Assembly: GCF_963921235.1 (NCBI RefSeq)
Contig: NC_086097.1
Span: 204,850,001-204,914,000, forward strand
Length of the DNA stretch: 64,000 nt
Source of the DNA: Mobula hypostoma
Taxonomy: Eukaryota
Direction of reading: 5' to 3'
This document shows positions 39,152-52,832 of this stretch, in pieces. Below the pieces are notes generated by a model, which searched no databases, was not told the origin of the DNA, and worked only from the letters and a program-made list of their open reading frames with translations. The translations under genes and the position numbers were made by a program. Numbering within the stretch: position 1 is the first letter of the stretch; every line of letters starts with the position of its first letter.

Positions 39152-39430
39152 GCAATAGAACACTGAGTAGGCCTTTCCAGTCTTTGGAGCCATGGCTTCC
39201 CAGCAACCCCATAACCCTGATTAACTCTAACCTAATCACGGGACAATTTGTAATGACCAATTAACCTACCCGAAACATCTTTGGACTGTGGGAGAAAACC
39301 AGTGCACCTGGGAAATACCCACATATTCTAAGTGGACTCCTTACGGAAAGGCGCATTGGAATTGAACTCTGAGCTCCAGAATCCCTGGACTAAAATGGTA
39401 TCACACTAACTGTATGCTACCATGGCAACC
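39152..39430 (-). mobile_element. V-SINE (HE1-like)
   Basis: Reverse complement shows a tRNA head (TAGCATACAGTTAG, GAGTTCAATTCC), a V-domain and a CR1-like tail. Confidence 0.75.
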
Positions 39431-39589
39431 TGATAATTAAATTTTATCATGTATTTGACTTTTGCCTTGTTTTTATTCTCTTACATCTTGAGTTTTCTTT
39501 CACAACAAAATAAATATTTGCTTTTGAGTAATGCTTGTATCTTTCTGTTGTGAACTTTCTTTAATTTCTTATGTTGCTGTTTGCAAATG

Positions 39590-40200
39590 GCAGAAATGGC
39601 ATAAAAATAGGGGCAGGAATGGGCCCCCCAGCTCCTCGAGCATGTCTTTTTAAATAAGAACATAGCTGATCTGATGGTAACCCCAACTCTTCATTCCCAC
39701 CTACTTGCTTATCTGTTGCCTTTGTTTCTACAGCCCTTTAAAGACTCATGACCTTTGCAGAAAAAAAACTTCATTTTCAGTCTATCATAAATGGATGATC
39801 CACATAGATCTAAATTATTCTACAACATGAGATATCTTCCCAACATCTACCTTGTCAAGAACTGTCAGGGTCTTACATGTTTGATCAAGTTACCTGTCAA
39901 TCGTCTAAATCTCAGGTGATGAATGCACACATGAACAACTTTGCTTCATAAGGCAGTCTGTTCATTACAAGCGTAAATCTAACAGATATTTTCTAATCTC
40001 CCTCCAACACATTTACATTTTTTCTTAATGTTAAATTGCTTTGAGATAACAGTAAATTGAACAATATAGTGCATTTTACTCCTGATATGATCTCACCAAT
40101 ATCTAATGTCATTGAAGCATAACCGCTGTATTTTTGTATTCAATTCCCCTGTAGTAAATGATACATTCTGTTAGCTTTCCTTATTACTTGTTAAGTGATT
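39590..40200 (-). mobile_element. Very old CR1 3' remnant
   Basis: Weak collinear similarity to the minus-strand CR1 tails in this window. Confidence 0.45.
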
Positions 40201-40599
40201 GATAGGTGAGGGACCTCTGTTTGTATTATGAGTGCCTCACTGGTTATAGTGCAATCATAATTAGGAAAATTTGTTAACATCTGTGTTTTGAAAGCAAATA
40301 CAGCTTTTTCAGCTACAATAAGACTTCCAATAACACAAGATTTCTTAGTAAAAGAGTGTGTGCGAGGCAGGAATAAAGTGACTATCTTTGGTAGGACGAA
40401 TTAGATTTGCCCACTTATATATGGGGAACACATGTCAACCATATTTATTTTATAGATGACATAAGATATATAGCCAATAAATTTACACAATAGTCTGATT
40501 TATTAATCTCAGTTATAGACCAGGTTTACTAACCAAATATTTGGTTCAAAATATTGGTGAGGCTAGTAACACACAATATTAATTAAGGCTAGATTGTTG

Positions 40600-43500
40600 T
40601 TTTCAAGTCTTGGGTTTGGAACAGGTATCAATGCTGTATAGAAATAAATAATTATGATCTATAGCTATTATTTAGCTGTGGTTTCATGTTGATCAAAGTT
40701 GGAAAGGAAATAGTCCAGGATACTTAATTTTTAGAAGGAGGTTGACAAAATGGAAAAGGAGGGCGGGTAGAACAGATGTCATAGTGTAAAGTGGTAGAGA
40801 GAAAGAACAAATCTCATAAAATCAAGAAGCGGAGTGGTTTTGTGAGGTGTTAAGAAATCGCCTGGGGGAAAACGTTGATGGGAGTTGTCAATATGACTAC
40901 ACAGCAGTAGTAATGGATAGTATAAACGAGAAAATTAGAGTTCCCTTTAGCAAGTGTAATACAGTGATCATGGAGGATCTTGATCTACAAATAGACTAGG
41001 CAAACCAAATTAGTAGTAGTAGTAATGTGGAGGACAATCTTTAAGGGAATGAATTCCAGATCAGTATTTTAAGGAAATCTAGTATTGTGCAATAAGTAAG
41101 GACTAATTAATATTAAGTAGCCTTTGGATAACAGTAATCAGAATATATCTGAAGACTTAATGTAACTTAATCAAATCTTAAACCACAGTCATTATTCTAT
41201 ATAAAGCAAAATATGAACTATGAGCTGGCTATGGTAAAACTGCCTGAAAAGCTATGAAGTAATTCACCAATAGAAAACAATTAAATAATAACATTCAACT
41301 TACAGGAAAACAAACCATATAAAAATCAAGATCCAGCTATGGCTAATGAGGAACTAAAAATAATCTCAGATCAAAGGATAGAACATCTTGGATCAAAGGA
41401 TAGTTCAGGTGACATTGCCACAAATGAGAATTAAATCTAAAGAGTGGGGAAAAAATAAAAATCTTCATCAAAGGAGGACCAAGAAATTGAAAAGAAAGGG
41501 CGAAATAGAATTAGTATAAGCAAAGTAAACAGAGCTGTATAATAATATAGAAAGAAACACAAAAATAATGTAAATAAAAGAATACTAACAAAAGATTGAG
41601 AGAGCAGAAATTATATTAGAAAATAAGGCAACAGTAGATAAATTGAACACACACATTGCATCCCTCTTCACAGGAAAAGACAGGAAACTGTCCAGAAATA
41701 ATAGAATATAATAGGACCAGGGTAATAGAGAAGCTGAAAGAAATTTGTATGAGTGAAAATTTAGCATTGGAGAAATCAATACAACTGAAAGGCATACTGA
41801 CATTATAGCCATGGACATGATGAATGTACCATTTTCATCCTTCAAACTTCCATAAATTCTGGAACTGTATTGACTCATCGCAAGGCAACAATTTTAACTT
41901 CACTTTTTAAAGAAAGACGGGGAGAGAAAATGGGAAACTACAAACCAATTAACCTAATAATAGAGATGGGAAAATACTTGAATCTTTTTAATGGATTGGA
42001 ATTCTATTGGATTTCTTTGTTTTGTAGCTGCCTCTAAGGAGGGGAATCTCAGAGTTATATATAATATACATACTTTGATAATAAATGTACTTTGAACTTT
42101 GAAGAAGTTAGTAGCACAGAGAGAAATGAGTGATAAAATTAGGCATTTAACGTGAATTTGAGAAAGAGGAACTATGCTTGGCAAATTTGTTTCTTTTCTG
42201 ATGTTAGATCGGGCAGAATGGATAAGGGGGACTCAGGGGACGTAGTGTATCGAATAAGGAGTCACCAAAAAGATTATTAAACAAATCAATATATACACTT
42301 GAGTGTAATGTACCAGTTCAAACTAGATTTGGATTTAGATTTAGATTTAAAGATGCAATGTGGAAACAGACCATTCCGACTCAATGAGCCTGTGCCACCC
42401 AATTACACCCATGTGACCAATTCACCTACTAACCACTATGTCTTAGAATTGTGGGATTCTTAACTTCCTGCTCTACTCCCTTTACACTCAGAAATGTGTG
42501 GCCAGATTCTGCTCTCCCCCATTTCCAAGTTTGCAGATAACACCACTGTAGTGGGAAGAATTTCAAATAACGATGCGTTACATTACAGGAGGAGACAGTG
42601 ATCCTAGTGACATGGTGTCATGATGACAACCTTTCCTTCAACATCAGCAAAACAAAGGAGCTGGTTATTGCCTTCAGGAATGGGGCAGTGCACTCACACC
42701 TGCTGACTCCAATAGTACAGAGCTCGAGAGGGTTGAAACCTCAAGTTGCTAGGACTGAAGGCTGCAAAATAGCCTGTCTGGATCTAACCCTGTAGGCTTC
42801 ATTCCCAAGAAAGCTCACCATTATCTCTGCTTCTTAGGAAGCTAAAACATTCTGCATGACACTTTGATCCTGAGACTTTTTGTCAATGCATCATAGGGAG
42901 AATTTTATCCATGTGAGTCATGGTATGGTCTGCCCACGACCACAAGAAACTGCAGCAAGTTTGTGGTAGAGTGCAACAGAGGAGTTCATCAAATCTCTTC
43001 CTCGGATGGAGGTTGACTTCTCAGGACAGATTAAGCAGACTGGCCTATACACTCTTAAATTAGTAAAGTGTGATGCTATTCCATTCAAGCACACACAATT
43101 TTAAGGCTTGACAGAGTCCGTGTCTTATTGAAGCTTTGCTGCAAGCATGACTGCTCGGCGGGGGGGCAACGATTCTTTCTTTTGCTGGTGGGGGAGGGGG
43201 GGGCTCATTGCCTTGCTGCTGCCTGTGCGTGGGAGGGGGCCGGGGGGTGATTTGTGTTTCTAGCATTTAACTGTCATTCATTCTTTGGGGCACTCCTCTG
43301 TTTTTGTGGATGTTTGCGAAGAAAATGAATTTCAGGATGTATATTGTATACATTTCTCTGACATTAAATGACCCTATTGAAACCTATTGAGTAGCTGATT
43401 TCCATTGGTTGTAATGTCTTGAATCAGGGTCACAGTTTCAACATAAGGTGGTCACATTAGCAGGACTGAGATAGGTGGAATTTCAGCCCAATGAAGGAGA

Positions 43501-43720
43501 ACCTTTGGATTCTCAATCCAAGAGGACTGTGGAGGTTCAATCACTGCGTATATTCACAGCAGGGGTTAACAGATTACAGGTTCATTAGGGAATCAATAGA
43601 ATTATAATAAGTACAGGAAGTAGCACTAAACTAAACCATCAGCCAAGATCTTATTTAATGCTAGCATTGATTTAAAAGGTTGAATGGCTTATTCCTGCTT
43701 CATTTTCTTAATTTTTTATG
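40600..43720 (+). mobile_element. Very decayed CR1 with nested Rex1 pieces (~41990-42100, 42460-42970, 43100-43390) and a partial V-SINE (~42320-42458)
   Basis: Decayed MGDF (40970) and LFKK..R..GNYKPI (~41900-41950) motifs; CR1 tail at ~43680-43720; KFADNTT..WCHDDNLSFNISKTKEL at 42525-42670. Confidence 0.6.
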
Positions 43721-45099
43721 GAGCCCCAGCTGTTTCACATGTTGTTCTTTCAGGCAATTAAATACCGGTATGCTTGATCTCTGTTGTTGTTCAAATGCCG
43801 CAATCCATTATGAAGTGTGAAATGATGTCATTAATCTGCATTAACCCAGTTTATCAAGGGAAAATTAGGTTTGAAAAATAGAATTCTTTTGGAAATGTGA
43901 TTAATAATCAATAAATGGGAAATAGTGCACACATCTGCTTTTTCAAAAGATATTTGAACAATACCACATAAAATTTGTACATCCACCGTGCAATGATGAG
44001 AATCATTCTAGTCATCTGCAATCTGTAGAGGCTGGACTGGTCTGTGGGCACACAGACAGATGGAGAGGCCAATCCACACTCAAAAAGTTGTTTGTCAGTG
44101 TGGACAAAGATGGCAACCATGTTGCATTTGGGGTCACTGGCTTGGACATCAGAAAAATAGTCGACACAACGCTGCACATCATTTTTAAAACCAGTATTGA
44201 GGGCACAGCCATCAGCAAAAAGCAAGCTTCTGATGATGACTGTCATAACCTTAGTTTTTGCTTGGAGTTTTCTGAAGTTGAACTGTTCCCCATTAGCGTG
44301 GAAGCTGTTGCTAATGCCTACATCACTCACTCTGAAGATATCAGTGAATATGATGGAAACGACAAAACTGAATAACATTGGCACCAAGATCCAGCCCTGC
44401 TTAGCCCTATATGAGACAGGGAAGAGGTCAACTGTCTCACCATTGTCCTGAACTCTAGCTTGCATGCCATTATGGAATTGCTGCACTGTGGTGAGGTATT
44501 TCCTTGGGCAGCTGAACTTTGCCATTATCTCCCCTAGACACTTTTTGCTAACAGTGTCAAAGGCCTTAGTCAGGTCGACATGGCAGGAGACATTTCTCTT
44601 GCAGCAAACACCGTGTCCCACACTCCTTCCGGAATCCACACTGGCTCTCTGATAGGAGTTCCCAGTGAAGGTGTGATATGAGACGGTTGGGAAGAAACGT
44701 GGAGAAGATCTTGCCTGCAATAGACGGCAAGGAAATTTCCCATTAGTTGCCACAGGATTGTTGGTTATCCTTTTGCTTATACACGGTGGGGTGGATGATA
44801 GATATGTCTTTAAATCTCTGTGGAATGGTCTCTTCTTGCCACATGGGTTGGAAGAGCTGATGGAGCTTTTCTGTTAGTACTGCACCACCCTCCTTTTAGG
44901 CCTCAGCTGGTACTGTGTCTGATCTCGGTGTTTTACCACTAGACAGTTGATGTGTGATGTGTTGCTGTTTGGGTCTTGCTAAGAGTGGTGGTACATCCAG
45001 AGCTTCATTGACAAGTAGTTGGGGCAGGCTATGGACGGATTCATTGATACTCGAAGGACAATTCCGAACACTGTTAAAGTGCTCAGCCCAGCCTTTGTT

Positions 45100-46045
45100 T
45101 AGTGCATTGTAGAAGTTTTTTAACGTTTTTGTAGAAGGCTTTAAGGTAAGGGGTGGGAAGTTCAAGGGGGATATTAGAGGAAGGTTTTTTACTCAGAGAG
45201 TGGTTGGTGCATAGAATGCACTGCCTGAGTCAGTGGTGGAGGCAGATACACCAGTGAAACTTAAGAGACTACTAGACAGGTATATGGAGGAATTTAAGGT
45301 GGGGGGGGTATATGGGAGGCAGGGTTTAAGGTTTGGCACAACATTGTGGGCCAAAGGGCTTGCACTGTGCTGTACTAGGAAAGAGGAGAAGATGGCGGCG
45401 TGACGCAGCGCGCACGGCCATTCCGAATGATATCGTATGTGTTAATTAGGATGCCGTGCACAATCCTGATTTGATAGAGACAGACGTGAGAAGCATGGAG
45501 GAACACCTGGAGAAACTTCTGAAATGCCCACTTCGCTGCCGCTGCTCCTGTGCGATTGAGAATCTCCGGAGGGGAAGGCCCCAAATCCTTGGCTTTGCCC
45601 GTTGCCTGTTGCTGGGGCCGGGGTTGAAGCGCTCAGCAGAGATGGTGCTCAGTGTCGGAGAGCTGGTCGGAGGCTCGGAGTTTTCAGATGGACTAGGAGT
45701 TGGACTGTGGTCGGATGCTTCCAGGATGCTGCATTGGCAAGTTTGCGGCGCTGGAGGTTCACCGTCTGTGTTAGATGATGGGACTTTCGAGAGACTTTGA
45801 GGCTTTTTACCGTGTCCATGGTCTGTTCTTTATCAAATTACGGTATTACTTTGCACTGCTGTAACTATGTTATAATTATGTGGTTTTTGTCAGTTTTTCA
45901 GTTTGTTTGTCATGTGTTTCTGTGATATCATTCTGGAGAAATATTGCATCATTTCTTACTGCATGCATTACTAGATGACAATAAAAGAGGACTGCGTGTC
46001 CTCATAATCTAATCTAATCTACTCTACTATTCTATGTTCTATATC
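45100..46045 (+). mobile_element. CR1 3' tail inserted in RTE, itself split by the element at 45377-46020
   Basis: RGRFFTQRVV motif, GGGCCAAAGGGCTTGCACTGTGCTGTACT, resuming as ATTCTATGTTCTAT after 46020. Confidence 0.75.
45377..46020 (+). mobile_element. Non-autonomous non-coding retroposon with a Rex1-like 3' end
   Basis: GC/CpG-rich head starting AAGATGGCGGCG (YY1-type motif), no tRNA boxes; 3' region resembles Rex1 UTRs and ends ATGACAATAAAA..(AATCT)3. Confidence 0.65.
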
Positions 46046-46399
46046 TATTTGCATAAGCTTGGATCTCATCAGTTTTATTGCTCAAGTAGGAATCCTGCTT
46101 CAGGCATGGTTTGTGTTGTACAGTCTCTCATATCTTATTGAAGGCATCCTTCTTTGAGATGGACTTCGTGTCACCAAGGAAAGCTTGGTGGAGATGATGA
46201 TTCTCATCTAGCTGTTGTTTGATGTCAATGCAATTTTCATCAAATGAGCCCTTGTGCTTTCTGATAGCAGGTGCCAGTATCTCTGTAGCAGTGTTATACA
46301 TCAGCTCTTGGAGGGTTGACAAAGTAATTTCCATGTTCTGATTGTCTGGATTGGTGGCTTTTAAGTGGTCTTCCAGGGTGTCAACAAAAGACTGATTTA

Positions 46400-47996
46400 C
46401 AGTGCCTATAAAAAGTTATTTTCCCCCTTGGAAGTTTTCATTTTTACTGTTTTGCAACATTGAATCCTAGTGGATTTAAATTGGTCTTTCTTGATGCTGA
46501 TCAACCGAAAAAGACTCTCGTGTCAAAAGGGAAACAAACCTCTGCAAAGTGATCTAAATGAATTACAAAATAAAACACAAAATAATTAATTGCATAAGTA
46601 TTCACTCCCTTCAATCTGATACACCAAATCATCACTGGTGCAGCCAATGGTTTTAGAGGTCACATAATTAGTTAAATGGAGATCACCTGTGTGCAGTCAA
46701 GGTGTTTCAACTGAAAGTAGTAAATGTACACCTGTACTGGGAAGGTCCAACTGCTGGTGAGTCAGGATCCTGGCAAAAACTACACCACGAGTACAAAAGA
46801 ACACTCCAAGCAACTCAGCGAAAAGGTTATTGAAAAGCAAAAGTCAGAAGATGCATACAAGAAAATTTTCAAGTCATTGAATATCCCCTGGAGTATAGTT
46901 AAGTCAATATCAAAAAATGGAAAGGACATGACACAGCTGTAAATCCGCCTAGAGCAGCCCGTCCTCAAAAACTGAGTTAATGTAATTAGTGAGGGAGGCC
47001 ATAAGAGGCCAATGAAAACTCTGGAGGAGTTATAAGCTTCAGTGGCTGAGATGAAAGAGATGGTGCTTACAACAATTGTTGCCTGGGTGCTTCACCAGCC
47101 ACAGCTTTATGAGAGAGTGGCAAAAAGAAAGCCAAATTTGAAAGAACCTCACATAAAATAGCTAGTTTGCCAGAGGGTATGTGGCAGACTCTGACATCAG
47201 CTGGAAAAAAAGTTCTATGGTCGCTTGAAACCAAAATCGAGCTTTTGACTGTCAGACTAAACACTATGTTTAGCGTAAGCCAAACACCGCACATCATCAA
47301 AAACACACCATCCTTACCGTGAAGCATGGTGGTGGGTGCATCATGCTATGGGAATACTTCACTGTAACAGACCCTGGAAGGTTTGTGAGGGTAACATGAA
47401 TGCAGAAAAATACAGGGAAATCCTGGAGGAAAACCTGATGCAGTCTGCAGGAGAATTGTGACTTGGGAGAAGATTTGTGTTCCGGCAAGACAATGACTCA
47501 GAGTATAAAGCCAAAGCTACACAGGAATGACTTAAAAACAACAAAGTTAATGTCCTGGAGTGGCCAAGTCAGAGTTCAGACCTCAATCCAATGGAGAATT
47601 TGTGGCTGGACTTGAAAAGGAATGTTCACTCACAATCCCAATGCAATCTGACAGAGCTCAAGCAGTTTTGTAAAGAAGAATGGGGAAAAATTGTAGTATC
47701 CAAATGTGCAAAGCTGATAGGGACCTATCCACACAGACTCGAGGCTATAATTGTTGCCAAAGGTGCATCTACTGAATACCGACTTGAAGGGGGTGAGTAA
47801 TTGTGCGAACAGTTATTTTGTGATATTGTAATAAATATAGATCAATTTATAGAAATTAGTTTTTAGTTTGACATGCAAAAATCTTTTCTGTTGATCAGTG
47901 TCAAAAAAGCCAAGTTGAATTCACTGTGATTCAATGATGCAAAAAAATAAAGCATGAAAAATTCCAAGGGGTGTAAATACTTCTTATAGGCACTTG
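46400..47996 (+). mobile_element. Tc1/mariner DNA transposon, full length, IR/DR type
   Basis: TA-CAGTGCCTATAA...TTATAGGCACTTG-TA; ~200-bp TIRs with inner repeats; TA TSD at 46398-46399 and 47997-47998. Confidence 0.93.
46786..47785 (+). pseudogene. Tc1 DDE transposase pseudogene
   Basis: KVLWSLETK, TVKHGGG, FRQDND and WPSQSSDLNPMENLW spread over several frames with stops. Confidence 0.88.
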
Positions 47997-50534
47997 TATG
48001 TTGCTCTTTTTCAGCTTGGAGACGCTCAACCGATTTGTGGCTTCTTTTCCGTGTAGGCTTCTCTTGGTCTGAATGTGGATGTTCATTTTAGAAATGATGA
48101 GATGATGGTCTGTCCAGCATTCAGCACTGCGCATAGATTTTGTCACTCTTACATTCTGCCTGATCGATTAGATGCCAATGTTTAGAGTGAGGATGCATTC
48201 ACAAAGTTCTGTTATGGGCGGGAAGGTGGAAGATTGTGTTGGCGATCAACAATTCATGTTCAGCACATGTCTGGAGTAGTAGAAGACCGGTGTTTTTGCA
48301 GTAGCCAGTGCTATATTTCCCAAGAAACCCATCCTAGGAACAATTGTTAGAGCCTACTCTTTCATTGAACTCACCAAGGAGGATAAGGTTCCACTTTTGG
48401 GAACAGTTGCAATAACTGAGTGCCTTTCTTCATAGAACTTGACCTTGACATTACCTGAATTGGTCATGGTTGGAGTGTAAGCACTGATGATGGTGACATG
48501 CTTCCTAGCATATGATGGGGGGGGGGGGAGGTTTAATGGTCATGACCCCGTCGTTCACACAGTTTGGATGTCCAGAAAGCTTACCAGAAATCCCTATCTT
48601 CACTGCAAATCCTACACCAGCCCCATGTCAATCTTGATTTCCTGTTCCACTCCAAAAAAAAATGTATCCCACGCCCCTTTCACAAATTTCGCTTTCTCCT
48701 GTAAACCCTGTCTCACTCAGGGTTGTGGTATCGATATTATGTTGGGCAGACTCTCTCCTTATTAGAGCAGATTTCCTCTGAAGTCTGTCAGCATTGACTC
48801 TGTCCAAGAGTGTGTGCACCTGCCACACTCCGAGGGTGAGAGGAATAGCTCTTAATTTTCTCTTTGAAGTATTTTGACCACTGTGATAGGGTCCTCACCG
48901 GCCGTGGTAAACTGGGCAAGGAAAGAATGAAGCAGGCAATGTTTGGAGTACTTTTCTAGCTCTTTCCTCATACTATGGAGGCGAGCAATGAGTTCCTGAG
49001 AAGGGCTACTCAGTCAGTCAGTCAGTCAGGTGGCTGCCGAAGGGCACAGCTGCTCCATGTCAGTGGAGAACAGCCCTATAGCCTGAGCTGACAGCGTGCA
49101 GGCTTGCGGTTACATTACCAGTGTACCCGCACTTGCCTCTTTGTCGCTAGCCTGTTGCCACAGAACTTGGGATGGGAAGGCTAGATAACAAGAGTGACTT
49201 GTGCAAAGGCAGCTTAAAGTGAAGAAGAGTTGTGCAGCATTGACTTCACTCTCTCATCTGAGACCATCTTTATCCAGTGGCAAGACAGAGTCAAGATGGC
49301 TGGAGATGGAGTCTGGTGCAGTGGATGGCCATGACGTCCTTCATGCCTTGTCAGACCCCTAAGCACTCTACAGCACCTTGCTAGGTCTGCATTCCAGCCC
49401 ATTGAGCCAAATTTGTGGTTACCCCCACAGAGTCTGCTGGGTCCAGTCTTCACTAGCTTGGGTAAGCAAGCCCAAGCTCACCGAGGGTTTAAAACCCATC
49501 AGTTATCCTCATCCTTACTTTACTCAACAAGTAAAGTAAGGACTCCCTTACTAATTTACCAGTGACATTGATAAAAGGGGTGAAAACAGAAAGTAATATA
49601 AATGGGTAGTGTTTAGATTAGATATTATGGATCAAGAATAATTGTTCACTATTTTAAAATCATTTTACTGACAAAGGAACAAACATGGTAGCACACCCAA
49701 GGATGCTAATTATACAAAGTTAGGAGACTTGGTGTAGCTATGAGAAGGTAACAAGGAATCTATAAAAGGATGCAGACGGGTAGATAGGCTGAGCAGTAAT
49801 GAAGGGTCATCAGGCAGAAACAATAACTCTGTTTTTCACCTTTCCATAGATTCTCTCTGACTTTGAAAATCTGCCACATTTTTTTTTCTGTCCCAGATAT
49901 CCAGCATCTGCTGTTTTAATTTGTTTTGATGGACAGAGTGATTGTTGGCTAAATTACGACATTGAATTGGTGTGAGGGAAGAAGGAAGAGGTAATTGAAA
50001 CCATGAGCAGTAAGGTAGAAACTAAACTAGTCACTGATGGAATTGAGCCATTGAGGTGTTTTGGACAAATTCATGGGCAGTGAATAAACATTAGATCATT
50101 AGCAATTGTAGACATCCAACAAAGAAATTCATAACATATCAGTTACAGGTACCCTTTTAAATTACGTTCTGTGAAGGTCATGGAGATATTTTAATCAGTT
50201 TGGCTGTTGGCTATTTGACAGAAACTGTCATAGACAATATGCACCAAATTAATATGCGTGATGGCACATTGACGTATTAACTGCCCTCTTATATTCACTG
50301 CACGTGTATTGGGTGATGATTGACAGTTTAGCACTCAAAATAGTACTGCATTATAAATATTACAGAGATACTATTGTTGCAGTCTATTTACAAGGAGCTT
50401 CTTCTGGAAATTAATTAATTCCATTCATCAGACTGACTTTTGCAAGTTCTATCTCTTTGTCCTTTATCACATATACAGTATATTAGAATTTGCTTGAAAA
50501 TCTCTGTGTGCTCCTTGCAGTGTTCTTTAAACAC

Positions 50535-52325
50535 CGTAAGACCATTAGGAGCAGAATTATACACCATTTGGCCCATTCAGTCTGCCCTGCAATTTGATTA
50601 TGATTGATTTATTTTCCTTCTCAACTCATTCTCCTGCCTCTCACTGTGACCATTGACCCCCTTACTAATTAAAAACCTATCAAGTTGTACTTTGAATATA
50701 CCCAATGACTTGGCGACAATAGCCGTCAGTGACAATTCCACTGATTCACCACCCTCTGGCTAAAGAAATGCCTCCCTCATCTCATTTCTAAAGGGGTATC
50801 CTTCTATTCTGAGGCTGTGTCCTCTGTACCTAGACTCTCCCACTATTGGAAGTATTCTCACCACATCCACTGTATCTAGGTACCTTATTCTTCTAAAGTC
50901 CAGTGACTACAGGCCCAGAGCCATCATGGTCCTCATACAATCATCCTTTTCTTCCTGGGATTATTCTTGTAGACCTACTCTGGAAACTCTCCAGAGGAGA
51001 TTGATGCGATTCTCCAGAGTATACTTTCTTAGGTACTGTATGGGGCCCAGATTTGCTCACAGTACTCCAAAAGTGGTCTGATCAATGCAAGTTAAAGACT
51101 CAGAATTACATCCTTGCTTTTATATTCTAGTCTCCTGGAAATTAATACTAAAATTACACATTTCTTCCTTACCAATGACTCATCCTTCAAGCTAATTTTA
51201 GGATTGTTGCATAAGGCTCCCAAGTCCCTTTGCAGCAACGATTTTTGAATTTGTTCTTCATTTACAAAATAATCTAGGCTGTTACCATACACTTCCCTAC
51301 ACTATATTCCATCTGCCACTTCTTTGCCCATTCTCCTAATCTGCCTAAATCCTTCTGTAGAGTCCTTACTTCCTCAACACTACCTACCCTTCCATCATAT
51401 TTGTATTATCTACAAATATGGAAACAAAGCTATCAATTCCATCATCTAAATCATTGAAGTATAATGTCAAAAGTAGCAGACCCAATACTGATCCCTGCAG
51501 AGCACCAGCAACCAACCAGAAAAGTCCTCCTTTATTTTCACTCTTTGCCTTCTGCCAGTCAGCCAATCGTTTGTCCTTGTTAGTATTTTTCCTGTAATAC
51601 CATGGACTCTTTTATCTTGTTTAGCAGCATCACGTGTGGCAACTTGTCAAAGACCTCCTGAAAATCCAAGTAAAGAACATTCATTGACTCTAGGCTGTCT
51701 ATTACTTCCTCAAAGAATTCCAGCAGATTTGTCAGGCAAGATTTACCCTACAGAAACCATGCTGACATCAACCTTTTTCAACACGTGCTGCCAGGCATCT
51801 TGAAACCCCATCCTTAATAAAGGACTCGCAACATCTTACCAACCAGAGGTCAGGCTAACCACCTATAGTTTCCTGTCTCATGCTTCCCTCCCTTCTTAAA
51901 GAGTGGAGTGACATTTGCAATTTTCCAGCTGTCTGAAATGATCTCAGAATCTAATGATTCTTGAAAGATCATTACTGATGCCTCCACAATTGATTCAGCT
52001 AACTCTTTCAAAACTCTGGGTTCAAGTCCATGTGGTCCAGGTGTTTATCTACCTACAGACCTTTCAACTTCCCAAGAACCTTCTCCTTGGACTCCTCACG
52101 CTCCCTTCTGTCTCCTGACACTCAGATTTCTGGCATACTGCTGGTGTCTTCCACAGTGAAGCCTGACACAACGTACTTATTCAGTTCATCTGCCATTTAC
52201 TTTTTTTCCTCATTACTACCTCTCCCATGTCATTTTATGCTGGTCTGATGTCCACTCTTTCCTCTTTTTCATTCTTTAGATATCTGAAAAATATTTTGGT
52301 ATTCTCTTTTATATTACTAGCTATT
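50535..52325 (-). mobile_element. CR1 LINE, decayed
   Basis: LQGSVLGLLL..NDLDDGIDSFVS in ORF 51384-51566; collinear with the CR1 at 31290-33182. Confidence 0.82.
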
Positions 52326-52391
52326 GGTAGGCTAAACAAACAAAAATATTCCTTCTAAGTTCAGAGTAATTACAAATTTATAAAATTAAAT

Positions 52392-52832
52392 CAGTTCAAA
52401 GTCAATTTATTGGCACCCAACAGGAAGGACAAGCAATTAAAGTGCAAATGACAGCAAACTGTGCAAATACAAAAGGAAAAAGAAAAATTAATAATAATAA
52501 TTATCAAAAACATGAGATGAAATGTCCTTGAAAGTGAGTCCATAGTTTGTGGAAAAAGTTTAATGATGAGGCAAATAAAGCTGAATGAAGTTATCCCTCC
52601 TGGTTCAAGAGCCTGATGTTGAGGGGTAGTAATTGTTTCTGAACCTGGTGGTGCGGGTCCTAAGATGCCTGTACCTTCTTCCTGATGGCTGCAGCAAGAG
52701 AACAGCATATGCTGGATAGTGGGGGTCCTTGATGATGGATGTTGCTTTCCTGTGACAGTGCTCTGTGTAGATGTGCTCAATGGTGGGGGAAGGGCTTTAG
52801 CTATTTTGGACTGGGCTGCATCCACTACATTG
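52392..52832 (-). mobile_element. Rex1/Babar 3' end
   Basis: VVDAAQS and IIKDPHYP..LLPSGRR-type motif; tail AATAAATTGACTTTGAAC. Confidence 0.75.

Larger units (their letters stand above)
43972..49510 (-). mobile_element. RTE-clade (BovB-like) LINE, near full span with an internal deletion and nested inserts
   Basis: ORF 43908-44753 has VDLTKAFDTVS, KFSCP, QFHNGMQARV, KQGWILVP and LLFADGCAL; endonuclease motifs LSET..GE..GYIFFWSG and ECWTDHHLI at 48050-48830; decayed C-terminal CPH..IGL.HL zinc finger at ~44060-44105; ~650-bp 5' UTR. Confidence 0.85.
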
